Source: an uncultured Actinomycetes bacterium (GTDB lineage: Bacteria; Actinomycetota; Actinomycetes; Mycobacteriales; SCTD01). From it: 64,000 nucleotides of DNA. The notes under the pieces were generated by a model that was given only the letters and a program-made list of their open reading frames with translations, did not search any database and was not told where the DNA came from. Shown here one piece after another: positions 62,945 through 64,000 of the stretch (position 1 is its first letter; the number at the start of each line of letters is the position of its first letter). Position numbers and translations under genes: made by a program. The DNA lies in the NCBI GenBank assembly GCA_963784675.1, contig CAWASE010000016.1, positions 7,267 to 71,266 on the forward strand, written 5' to 3'.

Positions 62945-64000
62945 GCGCCGCCCTGATCGTCGAGGACGGGCACTCTCCGTACGTGCTGGCCGCCGTACGC
63001 TCGTTGGCGGCCGCCGGGCTGCGCGTCGGGACGGCCAGCGCGGTCCGCAACCCCCGGGTCAGCCGGTCGCGCGACGTCAGCGCGTGGCATCGCGTCGGAC
63101 TGCCGGAGGACGACCTCGACGCCTTCACCGCCGACGTCGCCGCGGTCGTCCGGCAGGGACGGTACGACCTGGTGTTCGGGGCCGACGACATCGAGCTGCT
63201 GGCGCTGTCGGCCCGTCGCGAGGAGCTCGGCGCACTGCTGCCGCACGCACCGCACGACGCGGTCGTGCGCGCGGTCGACAAGCTGACCCTCACGCAGGCT
63301 GCCGAACGCGTCGGCGTCGCCGTGCCGCGCACCGTGCCGGCCGATGCGGCCGCGCTGGCGGCCTGGACCGGGCCGGTGGTCGTCAAGGCGCGGCTGCACT
63401 GGGACCCGGCGACCGACGCCCGGGCCTCCTCGTCCCGCCATCACGAGGCGGCTGTCCGACCGAGCCAGGACCAGGCCCACGCGCTGGTCGACCAGCTCGG
63501 CTCCGCGCTGCTGCAGGAACCGATCGCAGGGGAGCAGCTGGCCCTGAGCCTGGTGGTCGACGCGACCGGGCGTGCCCGGGCCGTGAGCCAGCAGCACACG
63601 CTGCGCTCGTCGCTGGCCCGCACCAGCAGCCGCGCGTGCACGGACGCCGTCGACCCCGAGCTTCTGGCGGGCGCGGAGGCGCTGCTGGCCGACCTCGGCT
63701 GGACCGGGTTGGCCAACCTGCAGTATCTGCGTCCCCCGGGCGGGCGCCCGCACCTGATCGACCTCAACGGCAGGTTCTACGGCTCGCTGGCGCTGGCCGT
63801 GGCGGCCGGGGCGGACCTGCCGGCCACCTGGGCCCGCCTCGCGCTCGGACAACCGGTCCCGGACCAGGTGCTGGGCCGCCCGGGCGTCCGCTTCCAGGCG
63901 CTGCACGCGGACGTGCTCCGCGCCCGGACCGAGCGGCGGGGCGGCCTGCTGCACGACCTGCGCGAGACCGTCGGCTACGCCGCCGGCGCCACCCATGCGA
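62941..64000 (+). CDS. ATP-grasp domain protein (3' end outside the window)
   Basis: Absent from the ORF track because no stop is reached. The GTG at 62941 overlaps the upstream TGA. My translation: VSAALIVEDGHSPYVLAAVRSLAAAGLRVG...DKLTLTQAAERVGVAVPRT...GPVVVKAR...LLQEPIAGEQLALSLV...GLANLQYLRPPGGRPHLIDLNGRFYGSLALAVAAGADLP, an ATP-grasp pattern. Open to base 64000. Confidence 0.7.
   Translation, partial: MSAALIVEDGHSPYVLAAVRSLAAAGLRVGTASAVRNPRVSRSRDVSAWHRVGLPEDDLDAFTADVAAVVRQGRYDLVFGADDIELLALSARREELGALLPHAPHDAVVRAVDKLTLTQAAERVGVAVPRTVPADAAALAAWTGPVVVKARLHWDPATDARASSSRHHEAAVRPSQDQAHALVDQLGSALLQEPIAGEQLALSLVVDATGRARAVSQQHTLRSSLARTSSRACTDAVDPELLAGAEALLADLGWTGLANLQYLRPPGGRPHLIDLNGRFYGSLALAVAAGADLPATWARLALGQPVPDQVLGRPGVRFQALHADVLRARTERRGGLLHDLRETVGYAAGATHA

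Noticed and set aside
1-64000. Mobile elements, prophage, genomic-island boundaries, tRNA/rRNA/ncRNA genes
   Set aside because: I recognised no transposase, integrase, recombinase or phage-like ORF, no long terminal inverted or direct repeats, and no tRNA-like cloverleaf. Composition is uniform except for the two short promoter islands at ~50.5 and ~54.2 kb. Covariance-model scans were not possible here.

Overview
Very high-GC (by eye >70%) actinobacterial-type chromosomal DNA. I support about 60 protein-coding genes. I saw no rRNA, tRNA, CRISPR array, transposase or integrase. Most long ORFs in the six-frame track are Arg/Pro/Gly-rich off-frame or antisense artefacts of the GC content; I kept only ORFs with family motifs or coding-like third-position GC.

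Layout:
- 1-14 kb: housekeeping and miscellaneous genes: fused SecDF, NhaP-type antiporter, MsrA, a long acyl-CoA dehydrogenase, a ceramidase-like protein, an EamA transporter.
- 14-23 kb: an atypical fatty-acid-synthase-II-like lipid locus with a KAS, two ACPs, FabD, two InhA-type enoyl reductases, an acyl-AMP ligase, two short ACAD-like genes and a HisN/IMPase. No FabH, ketoreductase or dehydratase is visible.
- 23-28 kb: a sugar or polyol-phosphate operon, joined to the second ACAD-like gene by a GTGA stop/start overlap: TIM-barrel isomerase, Zn-ADH, class II aldolase, FGGY kinase, 2-hydroxyacid dehydrogenase.
- 28-38 kb: phosphorylase-family protein, ALDH, a four-gene ABC importer, an adenylating enzyme plus carrier protein pair, ArsR and TetR regulators, and a diiron ferritin-like protein.
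- 38-64 kb: a large cell-envelope glycopolymer/EPS locus interrupted by rsgA-aroA. It has two MOP flippases, a NodB deacetylase, a tandem GT4, a BY-kinase, a Wzy/O-antigen-ligase-like protein, a clan GH-A hydrolase, a priming sugar-phosphate transferase, a DUF4012-like protein and a secreted DNRLRE-LamG-metallophosphoesterase.
- 56.6-64 kb: the end of that locus is a compact tailoring block: an HprK-like P-loop protein, a dTMP-kinase-like protein, two CelD/FemAB-like GNATs and an ATP-grasp ligase. This is my best candidate for an undescribed system.

Caveat: at least ten conserved genes are broken by single-position frame changes. I cannot tell assembly error from real pseudogenes using sequence alone.
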